Shown here piece after piece: positions 41,021 through 49,222 of a DNA stretch of 64,000 nucleotides. Both the position numbers and the translations under genes were made by a program. Within the stretch, counting starts at the first letter, position 1; every line of letters begins with the position of its first letter. A model generated the notes under the pieces. It was not told where the DNA came from and did no database searches. It saw nothing but the letters and a program-made list of their open reading frames with translations. Origin of the DNA: Syntrophales bacterium (GTDB taxonomy: Bacteria; Desulfobacterota; Syntrophia; Syntrophales; UBA2210); NCBI GenBank assembly GCA_963662405.2, contig CAXXKT010000001.1, forward strand, positions 1,472,001 through 1,536,000, given 5' to 3'.

Positions 41021-41506
41021 TTGTTCCTACCTCCATCCTCCATTAGTGTAAGTATATTCAAGCTTTCAGCGAATACTATCCACTCCATAGATAATCGGAT
41101 CAGAGACGGGCAGTTTATCGGACGGGAACCAGTTCATGTAAACTGGTTTATGGGATTTGCACATCTTTCTGTGTTGTTTACATTTCAGATATGTTACCGA
41201 AACATCAGCACAAAAATCCTTACAGTCGCCACGTTATCTATTGCCTGCTGCTTCTCACCCCTCTTCGCTGTCTGTTGCGCGCCCAGTGGGCAAGCCTCCT
41301 TGCGTATAATCTTTAAAGCCACATGTACATCGGATCACCGGAGATACCAAAGCGATTCGAAGCAGGAAAATTCCGGAATAATTAAAGAAAAGCCCTGATC
41401 CCGAGAGTAATGCCACTCCCCACACATTGCACGGACCATGAAGCATGATGTAACTGAGGAACTCGTATCATCCCCCCGCTTCCCCCTCATTCACAAGAGA
41501 GATACC

Positions 41507-41523
41507 TGCACGTATTATACCAA
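41507..41523 (-). promoter_or_regulatory. sigma54 promoter facing the acyl-CoA dehydrogenase operon
   Basis: TTGGTATAATACGTGCA (GG-N10-GC). Confidence 0.6.
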
Positions 41524-41610
41524 TTATCATTACGATATCATGGTTTTTTATCCCTTTATTTTTTTTGAGTTATCAACTTTTCCTCTTGTGCGGTTGTTAT
41601 AAATGGAGTA

Positions 41611-41651
41611 TCACGTTTGTCTCATTATCTGTTCGCATGAGACAAACGTGA
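41611..41651. promoter_or_regulatory. Perfect 15-bp inverted repeat; putative enhancer for the adjacent sigma54 activator
   Basis: TCACGTTTGTCTCAT-N11-ATGAGACAAACGTGA. Confidence 0.65.
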
Positions 41652-41679
41652 GAACTCTTTGAGACGGGGGCGTGACACG

Positions 41680-43710
41680 ATGGCTTCAAAAGACTCCAGA
41701 GAACTGCGTCAATTTAATGAAATTAAACTCCGTGAACTCGATTATTACAAGGAAAAATATCGTAAGACCCTCAAGGAATGGAAGAAATTTATCTCCGGCC
41801 GGGACGATATCGATGACTCCATCGTCCCTTCTGAAGTCCTGGCAGCATGGATTCGCTCGCGCGATTACGGCATCGATCCTCTGAAACTGCCGGAAAAAAA
41901 TATCTTGAAAGGGAAGGAACTTGAAGATCTCCTGGAGAGAAACCGCGAATTTATCGATGTGAGCAGGCCGTTCCTGCTGAACCTGTATCAGTTCCTCGAA
42001 GGTTCGGGTTTTGATGTTATCCTCTTTGATCGTGAAGGTTATCTGTTGGAGATCATGGGCGACCACGATACCGCCGAGATGATGCAGAACACGGGTGGGG
42101 TTGTCGGCGCCCTGTGGAACGAACGGTCGGCCAGCCATAATGTGGCGGGTACGATTGTGGAGGTGAAAAAGCCCATCCAGATCTTCGGGAGCCAGCATTA
42201 TATCAAAGACTACCATGGAGAAACCGGTTCCGGCGCGCCGATCTTTTCACCGGATGGAGAATTGGTCGGGGGAATTACCTTAACCGCCCGGAATTCCAGG
42301 GTCAATCCGCACACCCTCGGCATGGTGGTTGCCGCCGCGTATGCCGTCGAAAATGAGCTGCGGACCCGGAAGGCCTTTGCAGAGTCTCAGACGGCCTATC
42401 GGTATCAACAAACCGTTATGGCATCGATTACGGAGGCCATGATCACCGTTGATAATGCAGGCATTATTTTCCTGATCAACGATCCGGCAAAAAAGCTGCT
42501 CGCCCTGCATTCCGCCCATACGGAGGGTGTCTCCTTGGGCACCGTTTTGAAGGAAGAAAATACCCCTCTCCTTCAATTGATTGAACGCAATGACCATCTG
42601 ACGGATAATGAGGTTCAGATATTTTCTCACAACTCATGGAATGATTATACCCTCACCATAACCCCCATTGTTTCCTCCGAAAGTCGGCATATCGGAAAGA
42701 TTATTGTCCTGAATGAAATCAAAAGGGCGAGAACCATGGTCACAAAAATGCTGGGTGCGAGCGCTGTCTATCATTTCAAAGATATCTGCGGCCGGAATCC
42801 CCGGTTCCTGATCACCATGGAACAGGCAAAAATGGTTGCCCACAACAATTCCAACGTTCTTCTCCTCGGAAAAAGCGGAACGGGGAAAGACATATTCGCT
42901 CAATCGATCCACAATGCAAGCAGCCGGAGGGATGGTCCCTATGTTGCGATCAATTGCGGCGCTATCCCACGAGATCTGATTGCCAGTGAGCTGTTCGGCT
43001 ACGAGGAGGGATCTTTCACCGGTGCCAGGCGCGGCGGCAGCCTGGGAAAATTCGAACTGGCCGATGGCGGCACGATCTTTCTCGATGAGATTGCGGAATT
43101 GCCTCTGGAACTACAGCCGGTCCTGCTGCGGGTCATCGAAGACAAGTCGATTACCCGCATCGGCGGTAAACAGATGCGGAAAACCGATGTACGCATCATC
43201 ACGGCCACCAATAAAAACCTGAGAGAAGAAATCGACAAGGGAAGCTTCCGCGAAGATCTCTTTTACCGGATCAATGTGTTCAGTATCGAGATGATTCCTC
43301 TGCACGAGAGACCGGACGATATACCCCTCTTGACCCAGTGGTTCATAAAACACTACGAAGAGAGCCTGGGGAAACACATCTGTCATGTGGATGGTCGCAT
43401 TATTGATGTGTTTGAGCAGTATGCCTGGCCCGGTAATGTCAGGGAATTACAAAATGTTATCGAGAGGATGATGAACTTTGCCCGGTCCAGCGAACTGACG
43501 TATGACCTGCTTCCCGGAGACATCACCAAAACCCGGATGATGCACGATCAGTTAGGCGATATGGAATCGCCCATGGAAAAAGAAAAGAACATGATCATCA
43601 AGATGCTGGATCTGAATTTTGCTAAAATGGATATCGCCGATAAGCTGCATGTCTCCCGGGCGACCCTCTATCGGAAATTCAAGAAGTACGGGATAAGGGT
43701 ACGCAGATAA
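41680..43710 (+). CDS. AcoR-like sigma54-dependent activator (GAF-PAS-AAA+-HTH)
   Basis: GKSGTGKD, GSFTGA, FLDEI, WPGNVREL and SRATLYRK; ATG 41680 (track start 41659). Confidence 0.92.
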   Translation: MASKDSRELRQFNEIKLRELDYYKEKYRKTLKEWKKFISGRDDIDDSIVPSEVLAAWIRSRDYGIDPLKLPEKNILKGKELEDLLERNREFIDVSRPFLLNLYQFLEGSGFDVILFDREGYLLEIMGDHDTAEMMQNTGGVVGALWNERSASHNVAGTIVEVKKPIQIFGSQHYIKDYHGETGSGAPIFSPDGELVGGITLTARNSRVNPHTLGMVVAAAYAVENELRTRKAFAESQTAYRYQQTVMASITEAMITVDNAGIIFLINDPAKKLLALHSAHTEGVSLGTVLKEENTPLLQLIERNDHLTDNEVQIFSHNSWNDYTLTITPIVSSESRHIGKIIVLNEIKRARTMVTKMLGASAVYHFKDICGRNPRFLITMEQAKMVAHNNSNVLLLGKSGTGKDIFAQSIHNASSRRDGPYVAINCGAIPRDLIASELFGYEEGSFTGARRGGSLGKFELADGGTIFLDEIAELPLELQPVLLRVIEDKSITRIGGKQMRKTDVRIITATNKNLREEIDKGSFREDLFYRINVFSIEMIPLHERPDDIPLLTQWFIKHYEESLGKHICHVDGRIIDVFEQYAWPGNVRELQNVIERMMNFARSSELTYDLLPGDITKTRMMHDQLGDMESPMEKEKNMIIKMLDLNFAKMDIADKLHVSRATLYRKFKKYGIRVRR

Positions 43711-43761
43711 GGGGGGATGGACATTCCTTTCAGGACGGCATAACGGCTCAGCGCCCCGTCT

Positions 43762-44250
43762 TCACCGTGGGCCGTGCCCCTTGCCTGGGAATGACGCCGG
43801 TGCTTGATCAGTGGTGTCGGTGTGCACGACCTCCCACGGAGCGATCGGACCGGGGACGATACGGAAAAGGGGGTGCGGGTCGGGACGGTCAACGGGCTCT
43901 ATCCCCGCCGGCCACGACGGGGCGCGGAGGCGCAGTTTTTTCAGGAGATGTGCCCACTCATAGTCGATTTGTCCCGACGTGACGTCGATCGGTTCGACCG
44001 GCCCGGCGGAAGGTATCTTTCCCCCATCGAAACGGTACCCCCGCCGCACGCCTTCGGCATGGATTTCCCTCAGGTAAAAAGCAATCGAAGCCATAGGAGC
44101 GGCCGTTTCGCGGAAACGGATCAACTGGGGATGATTCACATACCCGCGGGTTGTTCCCTTGAGGACCGCCTGTGCGAGAAGCGCCTCCCGCCAGAGGGCG
44201 ACCAGCCCCCGGGGATCGAGGTATTTTGGGTGTAGTGTCCAGAGTCGCAT
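43762..44250 (-). CDS. Pyrimidine-dimer DNA glycosylase/T4 endonuclease V-like protein
   Basis: MRLWTLHPKYLD...LVALWREALLAQAVL...GYVNHPQL pattern. Confidence 0.8.
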   Translation of the reverse strand: MRLWTLHPKYLDPRGLVALWREALLAQAVLKGTTRGYVNHPQLIRFRETAAPMASIAFYLREIHAEGVRRGYRFDGGKIPSAGPVEPIDVTSGQIDYEWAHLLKKLRLRAPSWPAGIEPVDRPDPHPLFRIVPGPIAPWEVVHTDTTDQAPASFPGKGHGPR

Positions 44251-44281
44251 TGTTCAGAAGTAATCGGCAGCCTTAACTGCA

Positions 44282-44545
44282 CTATTTGTAAGGAAAACAT
44301 GGATCATCAGGAGTGCCAGCCGTGGTGTGTTTTCTTATAATTTCAACTAATTCAACTGAATGCTGGGCAGCCGAATTCAATTCCTCGAGTGAATCGGAAA
44401 GACTCTTATTGGCCTCTCTCAGAGAATCTATTTCTTTTTGCAGCCCTTTACTTGATCGTCTGTGATAGAGTTCAGCAATAGATATTGAGACCAATGCACC
44501 TATTAGAGCACCGATAATTAATTCAATCATGTGACTCAAGCTCAC
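44282..44545 (-). CDS. Small hypothetical membrane-anchored coiled-coil protein (AT-rich)
   Basis: RBS AAGGAG; N-terminal TM helix followed by a heptad-rich segment. Confidence 0.6.
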   Translation of the reverse strand: MSLSHMIELIIGALIGALVSISIAELYHRRSSKGLQKEIDSLREANKSLSDSLEELNSAAQHSVELVEIIRKHTTAGTPDDPCFPYK

Positions 44546-44670
44546 TGTTTATCTCCTTGGCTGCTAACAGCATTGAAAATGGAAGTTTCCTTAATTGTTC
44601 CGAAGGATTTCTTAGGAATGCAATCCATAAAGTAGATCGCTTTCCATAATTATCAGTAGGTTCTAAATTG

Positions 44671-44886
44671 TTAAACGAGTTTTCCATTATCGTATTTTTT
44701 GAGGAGTTGACCTTTGTGATTTTTAACGATTACCTTTGAGTAAGTATCTTTCTTGCTTGCAGCAAACTCTAATGCTTCTATCTTATTATCAAAATGTTCT
44801 ATTTTCATGCTGGGATCTTTGGGGTGATTTGGGCTCAGTGAACTTGTTCCTATATTATACATCGATACAGTAAAAGGGCTGGGCAT
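44671..44886 (-). CDS. Small hypothetical protein (AT-rich)
   Basis: ATG 44886 after RBS AGGAGAGG; 71 aa. Confidence 0.55.
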   Translation of the reverse strand: MPSPFTVSMYNIGTSSLSPNHPKDPSMKIEHFDNKIEALEFAASKKDTYSKVIVKNHKGQLLKKYDNGKLV

Positions 44887-44948
44887 GTGTCCTCTCCTAT
44901 AAAAAGTCAATTCATGGAGAGCCTGTCAAACAGGCCCATGGTTAAAAT

Positions 44949-46061
44949 TTAAACGGCCAAAGCATAACACCTCGCAACCTTACTCATCTCTACATATTTC
45001 GGGTCTGGCAGCATTTTCGATGGATCAAACGGCTCCCCCTTCTTCAAGATGGCATATACAATAGTGCTCATCTTTCGCGCCGTCGCTATTACGCTCTTCC
45101 CGGTTCCCTTGTTCTCTTTCATGGCTTTGTATTTGTACATAAGCCAATATCCATCGGTTTTATTCCGAAGCCGTAGCATCCCCATTACCATTTGCACAAA
45201 AGCCGTCCTCAGTTCCACGGGGCCTCGCTTGGTAATATGACCATGGCGAATGGTCTTGTTGGAGTTTTGAACCCATGGTACCAAACCGGCATGAGCAGCA
45301 TACTGCTTGGCGCTCTCATATCGGTTGATGTCATCGGTATAAGCCCGAATCGTCGCTGCTGTTATTATTCCAACGCCAGGAATCGTTTGCAACAGAGCAA
45401 CATCCTCGTCTTCAGAAACAAGATCAGATAATACGCGCTCAAGTCCTTTGACCTCGGATGCAATTTGGTCTATTGTACCAAGAAGCGGTTTTACCGCTCG
45501 GGCAGCGTTTCCGTAACTCCTATGGTCCGCGAGACCGTCAAGGATTCGCTGCCTTTCTTTTTTGCTCTGCAGCTGTCCCCGCCGACTCTCTATCCCATAT
45601 CCAAGCAATAAACCGTGTATCTGGTTTTTCAAGGATACCAAAGCTTTCACCAGAACAGAACGTGACTTGAGAAGCCTTCGAATGTCCTCGCTTTCCTGCG
45701 AACAAAGAATGGACTCGGGAAGCATATCTTTCTCAAGAAACTCAGCCAATGTGCGGGAATCATGCTTGTCAGTCTTTTTTACTGACTCATTTACAACCTT
45801 GAATTTCAAGGTGTTCACTATCTTGACCTCAATCCCCGCCTTCAAAAACCGGTTGCGAAAGTGTCGGGTGTTCCCTGTTGATTCCACCGCTGCCGTGACC
45901 TCGTAACCGCCCTCATTCCAGTTGGACACCTTCATGATAAATGCCCGGTAACCTCGATCAGTCGTCGGGTAGATGCCCGACTCCTGAACACTCCGATCTT
46001 CACTCAAACAACAAACGGTAAACTGCGTCTTGTGAAGGTCAACCCCGATACTCATCTTCAT
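44949..46061 (-). CDS. IS110-family transposase/recombinase (DEDD + Tnp20)
   Basis: GVDLHK, VESTG, KTDKHD, TIPGVG and GLVP..QNS...GHITKRG; ATG 46061 after GAGGAGG. Confidence 0.93.
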   Translation of the reverse strand: MKMSIGVDLHKTQFTVCCLSEDRSVQESGIYPTTDRGYRAFIMKVSNWNEGGYEVTAAVESTGNTRHFRNRFLKAGIEVKIVNTLKFKVVNESVKKTDKHDSRTLAEFLEKDMLPESILCSQESEDIRRLLKSRSVLVKALVSLKNQIHGLLLGYGIESRRGQLQSKKERQRILDGLADHRSYGNAARAVKPLLGTIDQIASEVKGLERVLSDLVSEDEDVALLQTIPGVGIITAATIRAYTDDINRYESAKQYAAHAGLVPWVQNSNKTIRHGHITKRGPVELRTAFVQMVMGMLRLRNKTDGYWLMYKYKAMKENKGTGKSVIATARKMSTIVYAILKKGEPFDPSKMLPDPKYVEMSKVARCYALAV

Positions 46062-46084
46062 AGAACGCCTCCTCACATCTTGGA

Positions 46085-46311
46085 CAGCGCCTGTCAGGTG
46101 AATTGGTCCCAATCTCCTATTCGATCTCGAAGATCATTGAATGTTGCGGCTACAGCTCTTCATTCTCCTTTGCGGTCTCGAAGACCAGTAAACATGTCGA
46201 ACAGTAGCCTTGCTGCCCAAAACTATAAAGTTTCAAACAGTGTATCCCAATTCACAGCTCATGAAGACTTTTTATCATTCCTCCTTTGTCGTGAGTTCAT
46301 AATGGTCAAAA
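46085..46311. ncRNA. Candidate IS110 bridge/seek RNA region (limits approximate)
   Basis: Contains TCTCCTAT (target flank), CAAAACTATAAA and GACTTTTTAT (both sides of the donor junction). Confidence 0.6.
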
Positions 46312-46447
46312 CTATATACCACATATTTTAATCTTACCCGAAAATATCAGCGAAATGAAATCCAGGGGAAAATAGAAAAACAGCGACAACAGCGCCCATT
46401 TTTGACACAAACCGGCGTCCGGGAAAAGAGAGCCGAAAAGCTTGGAA

Positions 46448-47022
46448 CTATATATTTCTTGACATACCATGACAATAAAATTATACGAAGATTACGTTTT
46501 TTTGAATCAATCGTATCGCCGGATGATTGTGAGCGGCAGTGACCCGGAGTGGATTATGGACTGATCATGGAAAGCCCCATTTCTGAAAGAAAGAGATGGG
46601 GCTTTTGTTTTGTCTGATTGAGCAGATCGAGCGATCAAAGCAACGAAACAGACCGAGAAAGGGAGATGGTATGAACCGTCTGCGCAGAATCATCGTCACT
46701 CTTCCGGCCGTGGTTGCCGCTGTTGGCCTCCTCGCCGATCCCGTCCCGGCCGGGGACCTGGATTCCCCGTTCGCCCCCGGCGCCACCAGTTCCTACACAC
46801 TGGAGGACCTCTACAACCGCCTCGACACCGGTGCAGCCGGGACCCAGTCCAGCTTCACCGAACCGACTAACGGCCCGACCGCGGGGACCGTGCACACCGT
46901 CAACGAGATCATGGCCAAGGCCCCCGCCGCCGATGAGGACAGCGGGGCCACGGACACCGACGTGTCGGCCGGAAAGACCTACTGGGGCCTCACCAACGGG
47001 GCATGGGGCGTGCGGAACGGGA
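46448..47022 (+). repeat. Copy A of a ~575-bp duplicated promoter + leader + 5' coding module
   Basis: Aligns by eye with 47882-48460. Confidence 0.9.
46571..46611 (+). terminator. Intrinsic terminator inside the 5' leader (copy A)
   Basis: 14-bp stem AAAGCCCCATTTCT/AGAGATGGGGCTTT followed by TGTTTT, about 60 nt before the ATG. Confidence 0.75.
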
Positions 47023-47807
47023 CAGGCTCCGCCGGTGGTCTGGCCCCCTCGGCGGCCCAGTATGTCTTCGTGGAGCTGGCCGAGGGGAACACCGACGTCC
47101 AGAACGGAGCGGCCCTCCTGGCGGCCTATACCCAGGCAAAGGGGCTCACCCCGGGGGCGGCCAACCGTATCGCGGTCATTGTCCCGCCCGGGCGCTACGA
47201 CCTGGGCACGGGGGCGGTTACCCTCGATACCGCGTACATCGACCTTGTGGGCCTGACCACGGACCGGGAGGCGCAATGCATCTACGGGACCTCCAACGGA
47301 GCAGGCACCGGCGTCCTCATGCAGACCGCCGACAACGTGGTCATTGCCAACCTGACCATCGAGTGCACCCGGAGCAGCGGGAGTTTAAGCCAGGATGCCA
47401 CCGGCCCGGCGGCCTATTTTCCGAACACCAATCTGCCTCATACGACCGTCAGAAACTGCCTGTTCACGGCCACGGAATATGCCTGGTCCATGCGTATTTC
47501 CATCGAATATGCCGGCACCTATGAAGACTGCACCGGGGGAAGACGCTCTTTCGGCGGCGCCGGCGCCGGCGGCACGGCCAGCGGCACCTTCACGAACTGC
47601 ACTGGCGGGGGGGGCTCTTTCGGCGGCGGCGGCGGCACGGCCGGCGGCACCTTCACCCGCTGCACCGGGGGGAATCAATCTTTCGGCAGCTTTGGCACGG
47701 CCGTCGGGGGCAGATTCTATTACTGCAACGGCGACGGTTCCCATTCCTGGAACGGCGACGAAACAACCACCGTGTACTGCATCAAAAACGGCAACCCCTA
47801 TCCGTAG
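46671..47807 (+). CDS. Secreted protein: constant N-terminal domain + beta-helix-like/Gly-rich repeat C-terminus
   Basis: Signal peptide MNRLRR...VPA; ATG 46671 after GGGAG; CTGG..SFG..GTA.GTF repeats. Confidence 0.75.
   Translation: MNRLRRIIVTLPAVVAAVGLLADPVPAGDLDSPFAPGATSSYTLEDLYNRLDTGAAGTQSSFTEPTNGPTAGTVHTVNEIMAKAPAADEDSGATDTDVSAGKTYWGLTNGAWGVRNGTGSAGGLAPSAAQYVFVELAEGNTDVQNGAALLAAYTQAKGLTPGAANRIAVIVPPGRYDLGTGAVTLDTAYIDLVGLTTDREAQCIYGTSNGAGTGVLMQTADNVVIANLTIECTRSSGSLSQDATGPAAYFPNTNLPHTTVRNCLFTATEYAWSMRISIEYAGTYEDCTGGRRSFGGAGAGGTASGTFTNCTGGGGSFGGGGGTAGGTFTRCTGGNQSFGSFGTAVGGRFYYCNGDGSHSWNGDETTTVYCIKNGNPYP
47528..47710 (+). repeat. Three imperfect ~60-66 bp intragenic tandem repeats
   Basis: CTGCAC.GG...TCTTTCGGC...GGCACGGCC units. 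Confidence 0.7.
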
Positions 47808-47881
47808 AGGAAAGAGGGACAACACCACCTGTTTTTGAAAAATAACCAAGCCCCGGAAAAGGGGTTTTGGAAAATCCAGAG

Positions 47882-48460
47882 CTATATATTTCTTGACATA
47901 CTATGACAATGGGATTAGATGGAGATTACGTTTTTTTGAATAAATCGTATCGCCGGATGATTGTGAGCGGCAGTGACCCGGATGAGGATTATGGACTGAT
48001 CATGGAAAGCCCTGTTTCTGAAAGAGAGAGATGGGGCTTTTGTTTTGTCCGATCGAAAAGATCGAGCGATCGAAACAGCGAAACAGACCGAGAATAAGGA
48101 ATTGATATGAACCGCCTGCGCAGAATCATCGTCGCCCTTCCGGCCGTGGTTGCCGCCATGGCCCTTCTCGCCGGTCCCGCCACGGCCGGAGACCTGGATT
48201 CACCGTCCGCCCCCGGTGCCACCAGTTCCTACACACTGGATGACGTTTACAATCGTCTGGACGCGGGCACGGCCGGTTCCCAGTCCACCTTCACCGAACC
48301 GGCTGGCGGGCCGACCGCGGGGACCATGCACACCGTCAACGAGATCATGGACAAGGCCCCGGAGATGAATGATACCAGCGGGGCCGCCGCCGGAGATGTA
48401 ATGGCCGGAAAAACCTTCTGGGGGCTCCTGTCCGGAGGCGGATGGGGGCTTCAAACCGGA
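47882..48460 (+). repeat. Copy B of the duplicated promoter + leader + 5' coding module
   Basis: Aligns by eye with 46448-47022. Confidence 0.9.
48006..48046 (+). terminator. Intrinsic terminator inside the 5' leader (copy B)
   Basis: AAAGCCCTGTTTCT/AGAGATGGGGCTTT followed by TGTTTT. Confidence 0.7.
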
Positions 48461-49222
48461 AGCCTGGCCACTCAAACCCCGGACAGCGCCACTGTCAATC
48501 AGGCGGCAGGGTATTATAACGCATTTGATCTCTCCACGGTGGATACCGACCTTACGGCCGCCAACATCAAATGCGGGGTGACCATCTTCGGTGTGGCCGG
48601 GACCCATCTCCCCGGTTGCGTGGCGAAAACGGGCCAGACCGCGTGCTACGACGCATCAGGAACCGAGATCGATTGCTCCGGTACCGGCCAGGATGGCGAC
48701 TATCAGAAGGGATGTGAACCGGCAGTTGCTCCTTCCACCTCTGGCTTATTTGGTGGTTACAATCGGAAGTCGTTCCTCCCGTGCGACGCAGGGTTCACCG
48801 ACAACGGGGACGGCACGGTGACCGATAACCTGACCGGGCTGATCTGGCTGAAGAATGCGAACTGCACGGATACGGTCGGAGGTGTGGACAAGAGCGAAGG
48901 GAACCTGATATGGGCGGATGCTTTGACGTGGTGCAACAATCTGGCGGACGGCGCTTGCGGGCTCACCGACGGTTCCGCTGCCGGCGACTGGCGCCTGCCC
49001 AATTTAAATGAGTTGAGGAGTCTTGTGGGCGCCACCAATATTGAGCCCTATTTACCGTCCGGTCATCCCTTTATCAACGTTCAGGGTAACATGTACTGTT
49101 CGAGCACGACCAAAGCGGACGAAACGGGCAAAGCGTGGCATGTGGACACGCATTTTGAAAGGGTGTCGTCCTCTGACAAAGGCCTCGTGCGCTACGTATG
49201 GCCCGTCCGCGGAGGGCAATAG
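48107..49222 (+). CDS. Secreted DUF1566 (Lcl/C-type-lectin-like) domain protein with the same N-terminal domain
   Basis: KTGQT.CY...GQDGD, FTDNGDGTVTDNLTGLIW, DWRLPNLNEL and terminal VWPVRG. Confidence 0.85.
   Translation: MNRLRRIIVALPAVVAAMALLAGPATAGDLDSPSAPGATSSYTLDDVYNRLDAGTAGSQSTFTEPAGGPTAGTMHTVNEIMDKAPEMNDTSGAAAGDVMAGKTFWGLLSGGGWGLQTGSLATQTPDSATVNQAAGYYNAFDLSTVDTDLTAANIKCGVTIFGVAGTHLPGCVAKTGQTACYDASGTEIDCSGTGQDGDYQKGCEPAVAPSTSGLFGGYNRKSFLPCDAGFTDNGDGTVTDNLTGLIWLKNANCTDTVGGVDKSEGNLIWADALTWCNNLADGACGLTDGSAAGDWRLPNLNELRSLVGATNIEPYLPSGHPFINVQGNMYCSSTTKADETGKAWHVDTHFERVSSSDKGLVRYVWPVRGGQ

Larger units (their letters stand above)
44897..46316 (-). mobile_element. IS110-family insertion sequence (about 1.4 kb)
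   Basis: Transposase flanked by CTATA at 44897-44901 and 46312-46316; long upstream non-coding end; TTGACT and a hairpin at the downstream end. Confidence 0.8.

Noticed and set aside
46523..46564. Possible leader peptide MIVSGSDPEWIMD in the duplicated leader
   Set aside because: A 1-nt indel in copy B changes the frame and stop; no RBS and no run of regulatory codons
46596..46670. Upstream start given in the ORF track for the first cassette gene
   Set aside because: It lies inside the terminator; ATG 46671 has an RBS, gives a signal peptide and matches the paralog start
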